Below, one piece after another: positions 1-14,094 of a DNA stretch of 64,000 bases. Positions within the stretch are counted from its first letter, which is position 1. Each line of letters opens with the position of its first letter. This stretch comes from Octopus sinensis (taxonomy: Eukaryota). The stretch spans positions 1-64,000 of the forward strand of contig NW_021832271.1 in assembly GCF_006345805.1 (NCBI RefSeq), written 5' to 3'. A program made the translations under genes and the position numbers. The notes below the pieces were generated by a model. That model was not told where the DNA came from and made no database searches. It was given only the letters and a program-made list of their open reading frames with translations.

Positions 1-497
1 ATCAGAATATAACGTAATATTTGTTTAATTTACTTAATTTTATATTTCACATTATTATTGTTATTTCGTCTTTGAATTTGGTCTGCAAGATTCTTTATGT
101 GCGTTCGTGTGCTGAAGCATATACTGTTTTGACTGGGGTGAGTCATATTCTTTTAGTGGAAGACGCAACGAAATATTAGAAAAATAAAAAAGAAATAAGT
201 GGAAATTTTACTGGCGAGTGTGTTAAATTATAAGGAACTAAAAGAGAATGACTCTCCCCAGACACAACAGTATAGTTCTTTAATATTTTGATTCATTGTA
301 AATCACCTTATTGCTTATATCGACCACAGTGCTCAACTGGTACTTATTTTATTGACCCCGTATTGCATCAACCTCAACAGAATTTGAACTCAAAACGTAA
401 AGAGGGATGAAATAATGCTAACCATTTTTTTACCCTTTGCAATTATCAAAATATCAGGCCAGGTATCATCGTATTGTGCATGTCATATTTGTCTTAT

Positions 498-784
498 CAC
501 GTGATCACGTGACCGACCAGTCCATCATATGTAGTTACACATCGCTGGTCACAGTGCGTTCGCATTGTTTTAGCCTTCGAATAAGCGAGCAGGCCAACAG
601 AAGAAAGAGTGGGAGAAAGAGTGGCGAAAGCGTGCAGCAGGGATCACCACCCACTACCGGAGCCTCGTGGAGCTTTTAGGTGTTTTCGCTCAATAAACAC
701 TCACAACGCCCGGTCTGGGAATCGAAACCGCGATCCTACGGCCGCGAGTCCGCTGCCCTAACCACTGGGCCATTGCGCCTCCAC
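498..784 (-). mobile_element. tRNA-derived SINE (family C head) with alternative 3' tail
   Basis: Minus strand begins gtggaggcgcaatggcccagtggttagggcagcgg...ggtttcgattcccagaccgg (A/B-box-like). Head matches copies at 32023 and 40619. 10-bp TSD tttgtcttat at 488-497 and 788-797. Confidence 0.85.
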
Positions 785-1648
785 ATTTTTGTCTTATATC
801 AAATATTGCGATATCAAATATTGAAATGCATGTAATTACCATAACCTATTCCTACTCTGGTGTAATTCCTTTCACATTGTGCACGAACGCATAAATTAAT
901 TTTGCGTAGCAAGTACACGAAAATATTTTTACAACATTCATTGAAAGAACTTACCGTTACTGTGGTTACACGCTAAGAATGAACATTCAAGTATCAATCG
1001 TACGGAAGACACTTTTCTTTCTGAATCTAAGATTTGTCGACGTTACAGTAAGTTCATAATATGTCATTATATTCAAAATGAAAGCAATTTGAAAACGAAG
1101 TTAACCGTAGTAAGTTTTATATAAAATGTGGATGCGTTATGAATTCCCAAGAAATTCTACTTGAAATTTCGCTCAACAAATGCAATGAGTTGCTTTACGA
1201 AATAATATACTTTTGAATTTGATTCTATGGTATATTCAAACGAATGCTGCAGTTGATTCAAAGCAAACTTATTGGACAGGCTACAATGATCCGCTTAAAA
1301 GGGAGAGAATAAAGAGATACCTGTCTCCATCTTTCTCTCTCTCTATCAATCTGTCTCCTTATCTATGCACATACATACATATATATATATATGTATGTAT
1401 ATGTATATGCACAAATACAGAGACACACACACACATACAAAAGCGCGCTCACACATACATATATACATGTAGATGTAAATACATGATAGGTTAATCGAAA
1501 ATTGAGATTGAATGTAAAGAAAATATTCTTATTCATGAAAATGATTGTCTTATGAGTCATCACAAAATTTTCCTATTCTACCGTAAAATATATTATCACA
1601 ATATTTGAAGATACCTGGTTATGTGATATATACATATACATACATACA

Positions 1649-1710
<62 letters not shown>

Positions 1711-1751
1711 TAGATATATATAATATATATAATATATATATATGCATACAT

Positions 1752-2546
1752 TATAATTAATTAATACGGGTGAGAGAATTAGATACTAATTTATAGTATA
1801 TCTATTCAACACCAAGTGCCTAGTGCTTCGAGAGAAACCTGGATTATTATAATATTTTATAATATATTATAATATTTTTACAAAATAAATATAAGAGAGT
1901 GGTCACTATATGGCTCACTCTAGCACCAGTTAATCCAAAAGGTTTCAAACCACACAAAATACATGTTTCCCATGAAAGTCAGTACGATTGTTAGCTCACA
2001 CGGACAGGGCAAATAAAAAATAACAAAAATACAGATTATTTTGGGACAATTGTTTCGCTATTAATGAATTAAATGTAATTTTACTTACAAAAAAATCCAC
2101 TTGTAGCTCGTCAGCCAAAACTATCGGATGAAATCCACTCAATCACACGCCAGATTTTACCATAACGATAAATACGCGTGTGGTTCAATTGATTACATCC
2201 GACGTTATAATTCAAATGCCCCCAACTAACAGCGCGCCAAACTTTCACGGAAAACAAATACTGCATTAAATAAATGCAGCATAAGCTATATAATAATTAA
2301 TAAGGGTGAGAGAATTAGATACTAATTTAATAGTATATCTATTCAACACCAAGTGGCCTTAGATACTAATAGCGAAACAATTGTCCCAAAATATCTGTAT
2401 TTTTGTTATTTTTTATTTGCCCTGTTCCGTGTGAGCTAACAATCGTACTGACTTTCATGGGAAACATGTATTTTTGTGGTTGAAACCTTTTGGATTAACT
2501 GGTGCTAGAGTGAGCCATATAGTGACCACTCTCTTATATTTATTTT
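1752..2546 (-). mobile_element. Non-autonomous Penelope-like/retrozyme-like element: partial tandem plus 5' inversion
   Basis: Direct repeat 1761-1818 / 2297-2355; inverted repeat 1882-2063 / 2367-2546; contains a hammerhead; no ORF; flanked by (TA)n. Confidence 0.75.
2039..2120 (-). ncRNA. Type I hammerhead ribozyme, canonical core
   Basis: Minus strand: ttttgg CTGACGA gcta...tagc GAAA c-aatt-g TC ccaaaa. Stem I 6 bp, stem II GCUA/UAGC, palindromic loop III, GUC triplet. Confidence 0.9.
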
Positions 2547-2623
2547 ATATATGCATACATATACTATATATATGCATGTGCAGAAATAGACACATATATA
2601 TACATACATATTATATATACATG

Positions 2624-2675
<52 letters not shown>

Positions 2676-2683
2676 ATTAGTGC

Positions 2684-2833
2684 AGGGGTGGGTGCGTGGT
2701 AAGGAGCTTGCTTCCCAACCGCATGATTCCGGGTTCTCTCCCAGTGCGTGCCACCTTGGGCTAGTGTCTATAGCCTCGGGCCGACCAAAGACTCCTGAGT
2801 GAAATTTGTTGACGGAAATGAAAGAGATCCGTC

Positions 2834-2865
<32 letters not shown>

Positions 2866-2871
2866 CATATA

Positions 2872-2902
<31 letters not shown>

Positions 2903-3160
2903 TGTGTGTGTGTGTGTGTGTGTGCGTGTGTGTGTGTGTTTGTGTCTGTCTGTCTGTATTTTTGTCCTCCTGCCACGATCGCCTTGAAACCAATGTTGGT
3001 GTGTGTACATCCCCGTAACCGAAGGGGTTCGGTGAAAGAGATAGATAGAATAAGTACTATGTTTGGAAAGAATAAATCCAGGGGAGATTTGTTTGTCTAA
3101 AGGTGGTGCTCCAGGAAGGCCGCCGTAAAAAAATGACTGAAAGAAGTAAAAGAGCAAAAG
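2684..3160 (+). mobile_element. SINE family B, diverged full-length copy
   Basis: tRNA-like head, ccttgggc motif, internal (TA)n(TG)n, tail gactgaaagaagtaaaagag; colinear with 56131-56544. Confidence 0.8.
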
Positions 3161-4383
3161 ACTATATATATATACAATATGATATGACGATATTTGCAGC
3201 GTCGAAAATGTGTTTTATCTACATCCACCTTTGGTGATAATAGCATTGAGCAAGAGAAGCTGAGGTAATCAGACGATATCCATGGATCATTGGTTGTTTC
3301 AACTCTGTATCGTAACCCACTCCCGTTGGCTGGTCTGTAGTGGTGGCCAAACCACTGCTCATCATCTACAAAATGTTTCCATTTTCATTCGTGTCTCTCT
3401 TCCTCCGTATCCAACAAGAGACCGTTTCTTCTCAGTTTCTCTTTTGTTCCGCTTCGTGCGATGGTTGTTTTCTCCATATTGATTTGGTTCAATCAGCTTC
3501 GGTTGGAAATCGCAATGCCTGCTATCTCTTCTCTCTGTATTTCTGCAACCGATTCTGGTATTTGGAAGGCGTTTTCTCACAGACTTGATCACACTATTGT
3601 TTGCACGAAACTGTCAATTCATGCCAGAAAACTACGTTTGCTCTGAGAGTTGTCAGAAATTGCCTTAGTTTATATAATTGATGATTTTCAAATAAATAAT
3701 TATAACAATAAAACCGTTTGATTATATGAAAACTTAGGGTAATTTGAAAATATGAAAGCTTTATGGCAATTAGCAATTTAAGAACTATTTGATATTATCT
3801 GACGAATATGACAGTTATTAGACTAATTAATCACGCTAGCTGACAACAAAAATGACAATTTAACAAGTTTTAAAATTTCACAACATTGCAAATGAAGCTA
3901 GTTTTTAGTTTCTTACAAAAATAAATTAATAAAATGCTGCAAGAAAATATTTTCATATCTTTTTTCTGCAATTCTCTAAATTCTCTAGGTCACATATAAG
4001 TACAAACGCACACGCACGCACACACACATGTACACACGCACACACACTTACATACATATGATATCGTGCCGTGTAGTTAACGAGTGAATCTTATACGGAC
4101 AATCCGACAACTTCCTTCCTTTCTAACCTTACTAACTCCCATCCGATATGTATATTCAATTTGCAACCGAATGAATAATATGCTAAACTTGCTGTGATTC
4201 CATCAACACAGACTCTGAGATCATTCTCTAGTGGAGCCATAACAATTTTGGTATTTTACCAGCAAAATGTTCTCTTCTCTTATCTAACAACAACAAAGTA
4301 CTTTTATATTTACTTCAAAATGTCCTCGTGTTATTTCTTTGAATTTTACATTCATGAAACAAAACGTACGGCTCTCCATATGC

Positions 4384-5197
4384 TCTGACCCCAAATATTT
4401 GCACATACATACATACATACATACATACATACATACATACATACATACATACATACATTCATACATACATACATACATACATGCATACATACATACATAC
4501 ATGCATACATACATACATACTTACATACACACATACATACATACATACGTACATACACGCATACATACATACATACATACATACATACACACACACATAC
4601 ATACATACGTACATACACGCATACATACATACATACATACACAAACACATACATACATACATACATACATACATAGATGCATACATACATACATACATTC
4701 ATACATGCATACATACATTCATACATGCATACATGCATACAAACATACATACATACACGCACGCATACATACATACATGCATACATACATACATACATGC
4801 ATACATACATACATACATGCATACATACATACATGCATACATACATACATACACAAACACATACATACATACATACATACATACATACATACATACATAG
4901 ATGATACATACATACATACATGCATACATACATACCATACATACATACATACATACATACATACAAACATGCATACATGCATACATACATACATACATAC
5001 ATACATACATGCATACATACATACATACATACATACATGCATGCATGCATACATGCATACATACATACATGCATATACATACATACATACATACATACAT
5101 ACATACATACATACATGCATACATGCATACATACATACATACATGCATACATACATACATACATACATACATACAACATATATATATACATTTGCAA
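4384..5197. repeat. (CATA)n tetranucleotide microsatellite array, about 800 bp
   Basis: Directly visible; source of the HTYI/MYVC pseudo-ORFs. Confidence 0.97.
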
Positions 5198-5289
5198 CTA
5201 ACCTAATGATGCTTTTGAAAATTCAATAAAATAAATTTGGATCACCATCACTTTCTCTTTCTCTCTCTCACTGAATAGGAGTGACACTC

Positions 5290-5930
5290 AGCTAGAGCCA
5301 TTAAAGTCATCTCTGGTCCTGGGCTCCATTAATACCGTGGAGCACTCCTAGCGACATATCAGTGACCACATCACAAAGACCAGGCCTTCTCTTCAATATC
5401 AGAGAATATTTCAACCATTTACAGCTGACGAATCACTACGTGGATCAAAGGAGTCCAACAATTGCATCCCGCTCTCATATGAAACCTTCACTAAACAAGA
5501 ATTCCTAAACTAGAGTCCAGTCACTAACAGACTCGCAACAACTTCTGCTCTATAGATGTGCTATTACTTTTCTCTTTCTTATCACACTTACCGTTAATGA
5601 CCGCCAATTCTCGAAGGTGGATGGTGTCATGTCTCGATCACTCAAGCACCCACAACCCTGTCGTCTTCCGACCTTTTGTCTGTTGGTGAATTCAACCACC
5701 TTGTTGTGCACCAATTATCTCTTCCTTATTCCTCCTATCCAAAGCATCATCTCCTTTCCCGCCCGGCTTCGTGTCCTCTCCTCACCCGTGTCTTTCCTGT
5801 AAGCGTTGATCTACAACAGCTTAAACGGAACATTAATAACATCTAACTCAACGGTGTTGGAGGGCCTGAAAATACCTTGTGCTGTGCCCTTTCCTCAAGA
5901 CAATAAGTAAATAAATAAAATATCATAAAA
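5290..5930 (+). mobile_element. Degraded 3' end of an L2/CR1-group LINE
   Basis: Frameshifted remnants such as QLTNHYVDQRSPTIASRSH and terminal RVFPVSVDLQQLKRNINNI* resemble L2-group ORF2 C-termini; followed by a (TAAA)n-like tail. Confidence 0.45.
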
Positions 5931-6283
5931 ACATTTTAATCTACTAAATTTTAAGTTCAAATGGGATCGGGGGTGGTCGATGATAAAAACATTTTGATGG
6001 ATATTTCGGAATGACAATCGGAAAAATAGAGCGGAAAATACAACTCATATTATACTGGTGAGTCCAAGAGGTATAATGCTTAACACATAGGAATTCACAA
6101 CGGAAAGCATTAACTCTGGGACAAGTTTGACCAGCCAATATAAAACCACAGTATTCCCAGTGGCCAGAGCAGAGTTTCAGTCTACGAAGGTTTCCTCAGT
6201 GAACTGGGTCCATCAGAGGCTATGGGAGGAGAAGTAAGCAACTTGCTGCTCAAATTTTGCGAGATAGTGGGGTTCGAACTTGT

Positions 6284-6336
<53 letters not shown>

Positions 6337-6337
<1 letters not shown>

Positions 6338-6687
6338 AATAATGAGGGAGATAAATTAATATTAATTTTAATATCAATTTAAAACCAGTAGTCTAGCATA
6401 CAAAAAATCTGAGAAGTCAGAGAAAATTCTAATATATGTGTATATTGGCAGGGCGAGACTGCTAGGTAGTCGGCCGTATGCTAGAAATAGATCATCAACG
6501 ATCAAACTACAAAGGAAATTCTCTAGAGGAAAAATTCAGCGAACACCAGAATCAAATTTGGCGGGCAGGACAGATGAAAATTTATATAAAAAACAGAATT
6601 AAATGCATACCTCGGTTTCGGCCTTTAACAAAAGAATTACTTACATAATTCAAATGTCCGTGGCTTCATCAGTGCATTCGTTCAGTG

Positions 6688-6690
<3 letters not shown>
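6337..6690 (-). mobile_element. Non-autonomous Penelope-like unit, about 350 bp, between two (TA)n tracts
   Basis: Starts about 12 nt upstream of a hammerhead and ends ...ctccctcattattt, the shared end motif; no ORF. Confidence 0.7.
6602..6678 (-). ncRNA. Type I hammerhead ribozyme with extended stem II
   Basis: Minus strand: aatgca CTGATGA agcc...(gaatta/taattc hairpin)...ggcc GAAA c-cgag-g TA tgcatt. Stem I perfect 6 bp, GUA triplet. Confidence 0.8.
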
Positions 6691-6751
<61 letters not shown>

Positions 6752-7006
6752 ATATATATATTAGAAGAAATGAGGTAATCAGAAGATCGGATGGTTTATA
6801 TTTACAGATATTTATTAATATATTACATTTTTTATATATATCATATCACTTAGATCAATAGCGCTTTCTCCCATTCTAGTGGGGTTTTCAAATCAAACTA
6901 AGTTCCTGTGTGAGAAGTGTTTACCATTTTATAGAGTTTTGTAGTGGTGGGGAGGAATATAAGACAGTACAAGAGGGGGATGGATGGGGAGAAAGTGAGA
7001 GAGAGA

Positions 7007-7041
<35 letters not shown>

Positions 7042-7123
7042 TATCTGGGATGAGTGCTATATAGGTGAGCATGAACATTTTAATGTCCTCTGTTGCGTTT
7101 CTGTTCCATTTATATATAAATAC

Positions 7124-7164
<41 letters not shown>

Positions 7165-7781
7165 TATCTGGGATGAGAGGATTTCTTAATCCCTTAGGAA
7201 ATGCTTAATGAAACGTAACTATATATGCATGCAAATAAATATGTCCTACGCTGGGATAATAGATTTATTTAGTTCCAGCATCTAATCTCGAATTGTTGAT
7301 AAATTTTATTATTCTTGGTTTACTCAACTCACTACTTAGATTTATGCTTCAACATTACAAAAGTTTATTGTTTAAGATGTATATGAATAAGTAGTTCTCT
7401 ACCTGTAAACATCGAGCTAAACACTAAAGGTAACCAGTTGAGACAAATGCTGCATGCAACTTACAGGTGTAGTTTTATTTCTCACCTAATAGTTTAAGGC
7501 TACTCGTTCGATAAGAGCAGTATACTAGTTTATGCCACTCTGTGTCCGAGAAAAGTCCATGAAGCAGAAAAGCGCGCACAGAATGTTATTAGGGTTATTT
7601 GATGAGAGATTTTCGAGTCACCAATAAACTGGAATGGTGAATATTAAAAGAAAGTTCAGAGTGTTATATTCTACCATAATGTGGAAATATATTCCGGCAA
7701 GGGATGTTTCAGAAATTTTAACTGGTTTCCCATCAGTAATCAGCGTATGTTAGCATTTAGGAAACATGCACAGAGTAAGAG

Positions 7782-7872
<91 letters not shown>

Positions 7873-8670
7873 TAGAGCGAGGTGAAAGAGAGAAAGAAAG
7901 ATGAGAGAGAAAGAGGTGAGAAAAGAAAGATGAGAAAGTCAAATTCTTACAATCACGCGCACCTACCCACACGCACAGACTCACACACACACACATACCC
8001 ACAAAGTAAGTTTATCATTGATAACCTTGCGGTATTCATAATACAGAGATAAAAAGTTAATTTTGCATGATGTTAGCTGCGAAACAATCGCCATCGAATG
8101 TATATCAACCGGTGAAATAAATATATTCATCTCATATCGCTTGACTTTTTTTATATTCTCTTCACTTATATATATAATGCAGCTATTGCTGCGTGGTAAG
8201 ATGTTCGATCCCTGTTCACTTTCACTGAAATCCAAATTGGGATTTTGCATTCTGTTATATTCTCGGGCGCCCAATGTGTTGCGGGTTAATTTAGCACACG
8301 TAAACTGAAAGAAACCCGACGTATACACACGCAATTTACTGATATCAGATCGTAAATTGATACTCAAAGTTTCACGTAGACGATCATCAGAAAGTCGTAA
8401 GCATTCAGACCAATACAATAGTTTATAGGTGTTTCTAATCTTTTATCAACTCATCGATTAGCTACAAATAATTATAAACCGTCACATATTTCTAAGTATC
8501 CAACCACTGTGATTGTAGCTTGCGTCAAACAATTTGTGAAATCTTTTTAGCTTCACTAAAATGTTATCGTACACTATCTTAGGTATTCCAGTACTATTTA
8601 TTTCATCTTGTTTTGCACATATGATCTCAGACAGGTGTGTGTGAACACACACACAAACACATACACACAC

Positions 8671-8726
<56 letters not shown>

Positions 8727-9564
8727 ACAGACACACAGCATGGAAACTCAAGCTATCATTTGTCGGCTGTGTTTCCGATAAAAGATTGCTGTTTACAGTT
8801 TTTAGTGGAGCGAGTTTGTTTCCTTATGTTGTATATTATTATCTTTCGCAATCGATATGAATTCTGTTGCGTGAATAAACCATTCTACAGTTGCAAGGAA
8901 AGCAAATATTCTTTCACTTTCGCTTTTGTTTCCACTCTTCGCCGAAAACAGAGTCCCGGATTATATAGCTTACAGCAACCTCCGTTCACGTCTTCATTAA
9001 ATGACCTTATGATGAATAACTGCACGTCACAACACCATTCGCTGAGTGGAGTTTATTGGGCTACTTATGTCAATATATGTGATTGCCACTTCAAGCAGGA
9101 TAATAACAATCCCTATATCAATCAATACCCAGCGCCCTTTCCCGTCTTCTTAAATTAACATCGTGATGGACGTTTAACTTTAGATTGCTACTGTTGCTCG
9201 TCCTTGTCGAGTGGAATTGCCGTCAGAATGATAGAACTAATTGTAACCATTGCTGTCCAGTCAAACATTTGTCAATAGTATCGTGGCACGGCTGTCTTTT
9301 TAAATCAACGCTGAGCTGTATTACTATGTAATTAAACACTCGGCAATAATATATTGTTTCTGTTACATTTAACGTTGCAATATAGACAGACATTCGTATA
9401 TTTTGAAACGGAATTAAACAATCGTCTGTGTAGGAAATAACGTTTGTTATTTTACTGTTTGTTACTTCAAAGGCGGACAAAAACAAACAAAAATTGGATG
9501 AAAATGAAAATCTCTCTCACAGCCTTCATGTCGGTCAGCTGGGAATTGAGATTGTTATGTTATA

Positions 9565-9962
9565 CTAGCAGTATCGCCCGGCGTTGCTCGGGTTTGTAAG
9601 GGAAATAACTATAAAGCATTTTTAGAGAGTTATAGCCCAAAAATAGCAAAAAATGCATTAAAAATAGAAAAAAAATGATGGTAAATATTTTTTTTTTCAA
9701 ATCGTTGGCTCATCGTAGACATTTTTAGAGAGTTACTTCCCTTATATAATAGCGAAAGAAATGCATTAAAATGGGAAAAAATGATGGTAAATTATTTTAA
9801 AAATCGTAGACTCATAGACGCGCGCTAATACCCAGAAGGGCTCGATATGAATCACGACTATAAGATACCCGGTTTTGGTTAAACTGCACCGCAAAATGTG
9901 GGAGTAGTTAGGAATCTAAATCGTAGGAGACAGACACACAACTTCACTTTTATATATAAAGA
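9565..9962 (-). mobile_element. Non-autonomous Helitron
   Basis: Minus strand reads A|TC...CCCGAGCAACGCCGGG hairpin...CTAG|T; homologous to 12485 and 50899. Confidence 0.88.
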
Positions 9963-10645
9963 TATTCTGTATCGACTGTTTTAAAGATGGGCGTTTGGTT
10001 GTTGCACTAAGTGGATTCCTGAGTATGAAATTTACGTTTTATCCAACTGATTCTATGAAGCAAGACTGTGGAACTTCGAAATGGATACTCACGGAGAAAC
10101 AGAGGAAGAAAGAGAGTGAGAGAGAAAGAGAAAGAGAAAGAGAAACGGAGAGTGAGAAAAATATGTAATTGTGTAGGTATATTTAGATATATATATATAT
10201 ATGGCGTTTATATGTATTCGGAGATGAGTTGTAGTTTCGATGTGTCTGCTTGTATGGTGTTACACATGGGTCCCTTATATATCAGAGAAAAACCCAATAA
10301 ATTATTTAATTAACACTTTAATAATTTTTTTTACATCACTTTTCTTCTCAATCTTAACCTCAATCACTGACTGTGTATACGTGTGTGCATATATGTGTGT
10401 GCGTGTATATGTGCAATTGTGTGTGTGTGAGTGTGTGCATTTATGTATTTATGTGGTTGTGTTCCCTTGTGCTTATGAAAGTATATTCTTTCAGCATACG
10501 TTGAAAGAATATGCTTACATCAAGGTATTTCTCTCACAGACAGGTTTTCGAATAATTAAATTTGCGTTAGTCTTTTTCAGTGATGTGTAACATACATAAT
10601 TACGTACTTGCATCCATCCATCCACACATACATATATATGTATAT

Positions 10646-11056
<411 letters not shown>

Positions 11057-11072
11057 ATGTATATATATATGA

Positions 11073-11133
<61 letters not shown>

Positions 11134-11814
11134 TATGTGCGTATGTGTGGATGGATGTGTATATAAAGAAATATGTATGAGATGTCTACACGTTTTTGGA
11201 TGTAGGTATGCGTGTAACGCAAGAACGTATGTGTATATGCTTAAAGAGATATACAAACCGTATGCATACACCCACACACACACACACACACACTGACACA
11301 CACAAACACACACATTTGTATGTATATAATTTCACGAAGAGAAATGAAGAATGGAAAGCCAAATTTTTCATCTGCAGATGAACGCATCTAAATATAATAC
11401 AACCTTGATGACATCATCTCAGTAGAAACTGTACTAGCTTTAAACCAGTTATTGTTGATTGTTCAAATCATAAACGTAGGTTTTATTTGTTATTTTAATT
11501 TTTTTGGTTGCTGTGTTCTAGTGTTATGAAATGTTGCACAATAAGAAGACAAAACAAGCTGTTCGTATAGCAATTGTTAGCGACAACAGATCTATCGATT
11601 TTGTCAACGGATTTACCAATGTCGGAATTCTTTTACTTGCTAAAAAGAATAAAAAAAAAATTGCACTTACTAACATAGATAATAAATTTTATTAGATGTC
11701 ACATACTCACTGAATGAATACGATTTCATTCACAACGTTCTTACAAATCAATTTACACGCGTGCGTGTATATGCATATGTATATGTTTATGTATATGTAT
11801 ATGTATATGTATAT

Positions 11815-11872
<58 letters not shown>

Positions 11873-11874
11873 GT

Positions 11875-11913
<39 letters not shown>

Positions 11914-12484
11914 CATACATCTATCTATATAAAGACATACACATGTATATAGTATATAAAACTGTGTGTATGCTATTATTATATATACATATAAGCATAT
12001 ATATGTATGTATTTACACACACATATATCTATGAATGTATATATATGGAGTCATTTTTGTATGCAGGTATGGCTGCGTGGCTGAGAAGGTGTATTTGCAG
12101 CCATGTGATTCCATGTTCAATCCCTCTAAGCAGCAATTTGAGCAAGTACCTTCTAAAATATAACCGTAGACAGTGAATACCGTGTTAGTGGGATTCGTGG
12201 AGGGAAAATGTGCGGAAGCACGTCCTAAATTCACAAACACATACAGACGAAAACACGCATACGTCCTTTAGTATACATGTGTGTGTTTAAGTTTGTCACC
12301 CTCTGCCTGTTGACAACATGCGTTGCTTGGTTTGCGTCCACATACCATAGAATGTGTAGCAGGCTTTACAATAAGTATTGGAGTCGATATTCTTTTCGAT
12401 TCAGTATTTCACAGTGGCATTTCAGAGTGACCGCAGCTTGATAACTGGAACAAGTAAAACATGAATGATACCATGGTATAAATA

Positions 12485-12884
12485 TCTTTATATATAAAAG
12501 TGAAGTTGTGTGAGTGTCTGTCTCCTATGATTTAGATTCCTAACTACTCCCACATTTTGCGGTGCAGTTTAACCAAAACCGGGTATCTTATAGTCGTGAT
12601 TCATATCGAGCCCTTCTGGGTATTAGCGCGCGTCTACGATGAGTCTAAGATTAAAAAAAAAATTACCATAATTTTTTCCATTTTAATGCATGTTTTCGCT
12701 ATTATATAAGGGAAGTAACTCTCTAAAAATGTCTACGATGAGTCAACGATTTAAAAAAAATTTACCATAAATTTTTTCCCATTTTTAATGCATTTTTTTT
12801 CTATTTTTTTGGCTATAACGCTCTAAAAATGCTTATACAGTTATTTCCCTTACAAACCCGTGCAACGCCGGGCGATACTGCTAG
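12485..12884 (+). mobile_element. Non-autonomous Helitron
   Basis: A|TCtttatatataaaagtg...cccgtgcaacgccgggcgatactgCTAG|T. Confidence 0.88.
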
Positions 12885-14094
12885 TATATAATAAAAAAAA
12901 AACACATTGTATACAGTACATAACCAGCGAGTGAAAAGTGCGTAAACACACGAGAGATAAAGTACAGGACAAAGTACCAAACGAAGATAAATCCTCATCA
13001 GTTGTCGGACTGTTTATCACTCCGATTTCGTGCTTTTAACAACAATATAGGGAAACTTCATAAGACAGCGGCATCCAGAAAATTTTAAAATATAAAATTC
13101 ATGGAGTGTTTGAGCTTCGAACGAACAAACAACGACAAAGTGGACGGAGGGAGAGTAAACAATCAATGAAAGGCTAAGAGGAATTGTAATAGGTAACGCC
13201 TGGGAGAAATTTATTCAAGTAAATAGATTAATTAAAAGAGAAGAAAGTGGTAGAATAGAATAATTATAAAACAAGAAATTAGTAGAAGAAAAATATCGAG
13301 ACCCGAGGGGAAAAATAACATCTAGCCTGGGAACGTCTAGTCGAGAAAAGACACGGGCAAGAGAAAGGACCTGTAGTCACTCAGGCGTGAATAATAGAGG
13401 CAGAGGACAAGAGAGAGGATGAGGGAAAGAAACAGAAAGAGTGAGAAGAGAGAAAGAACGACAGATAACCAGGGAGTGGAAGAAAGATAGATAGGGGAAG
13501 CAAAGAAGTTTATATTGGGATAAAGAGAAAGAAAGAAAACAGTGTGTAGTCGCAGAAAATAGATATAGATGTAAGAACTTACTATGGTCAAGGCTCTGTA
13601 GCTTCGATTATAAATGAATAAGATAAAAGATAAACGTTGTATACAGGACATCACTGACGAGCGCAAAATACGTAAACACACAAGCGATAAGTACAGGAGA
13701 AAATACCTACACACACACCACAACACACACAAGGGAATGGAGCTGGTAAAATCAAGGCTACATATGTTTCCGTACTAGCAGAACCTTGCAAGTGACAATT
13801 ACTCAGTGAGGGGTATTTCACTAGCTACTCATCAGGCCGAAGATACCTGAGTTAACCTGCTCCATTTGCTCAATTTGGATTTTCATTCGCATTTATAGCT
13901 ACTCTAGATGATAACTCTGAACTATAAAAAGTTTTTCCAGCTAATCGAACATCGATATGGGAAAAACTTACAACCTTCTACGTCAATAAACCATTATTGT
14001 TCCTGAAAATTTTTTCCTGCCTACTGTACACTGCTCGAAGATCACTAATGTCCTACACCTAGATGCCAGGATCTAAAATTTCATTTTATATATT

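Noticed and set aside
680-784. tRNA-like sequences here and at other SINE heads
   Set aside because: They continue into SINE bodies with TSDs and lack a complete cloverleaf; not tRNA genes.
3170-3780. Possible Penelope GIY-YIG/RT coding relic
   Set aside because: Translation of the minus-strand frames showed no recognisable motif; only a short end similarity to about 6770 (tgaggtaatcaga).
4339-5229. 296-aa ORF and overlapping ORFs
   Set aside because: Pure translation of (CATA)n; the same applies to all [12 protein letters not shown] ORFs in the track.
13805-13845. tttcactagctactcatcag as a minus-strand hammerhead
   Set aside because: CUGAUGA and GAAA are present, but stems I and III do not pair.
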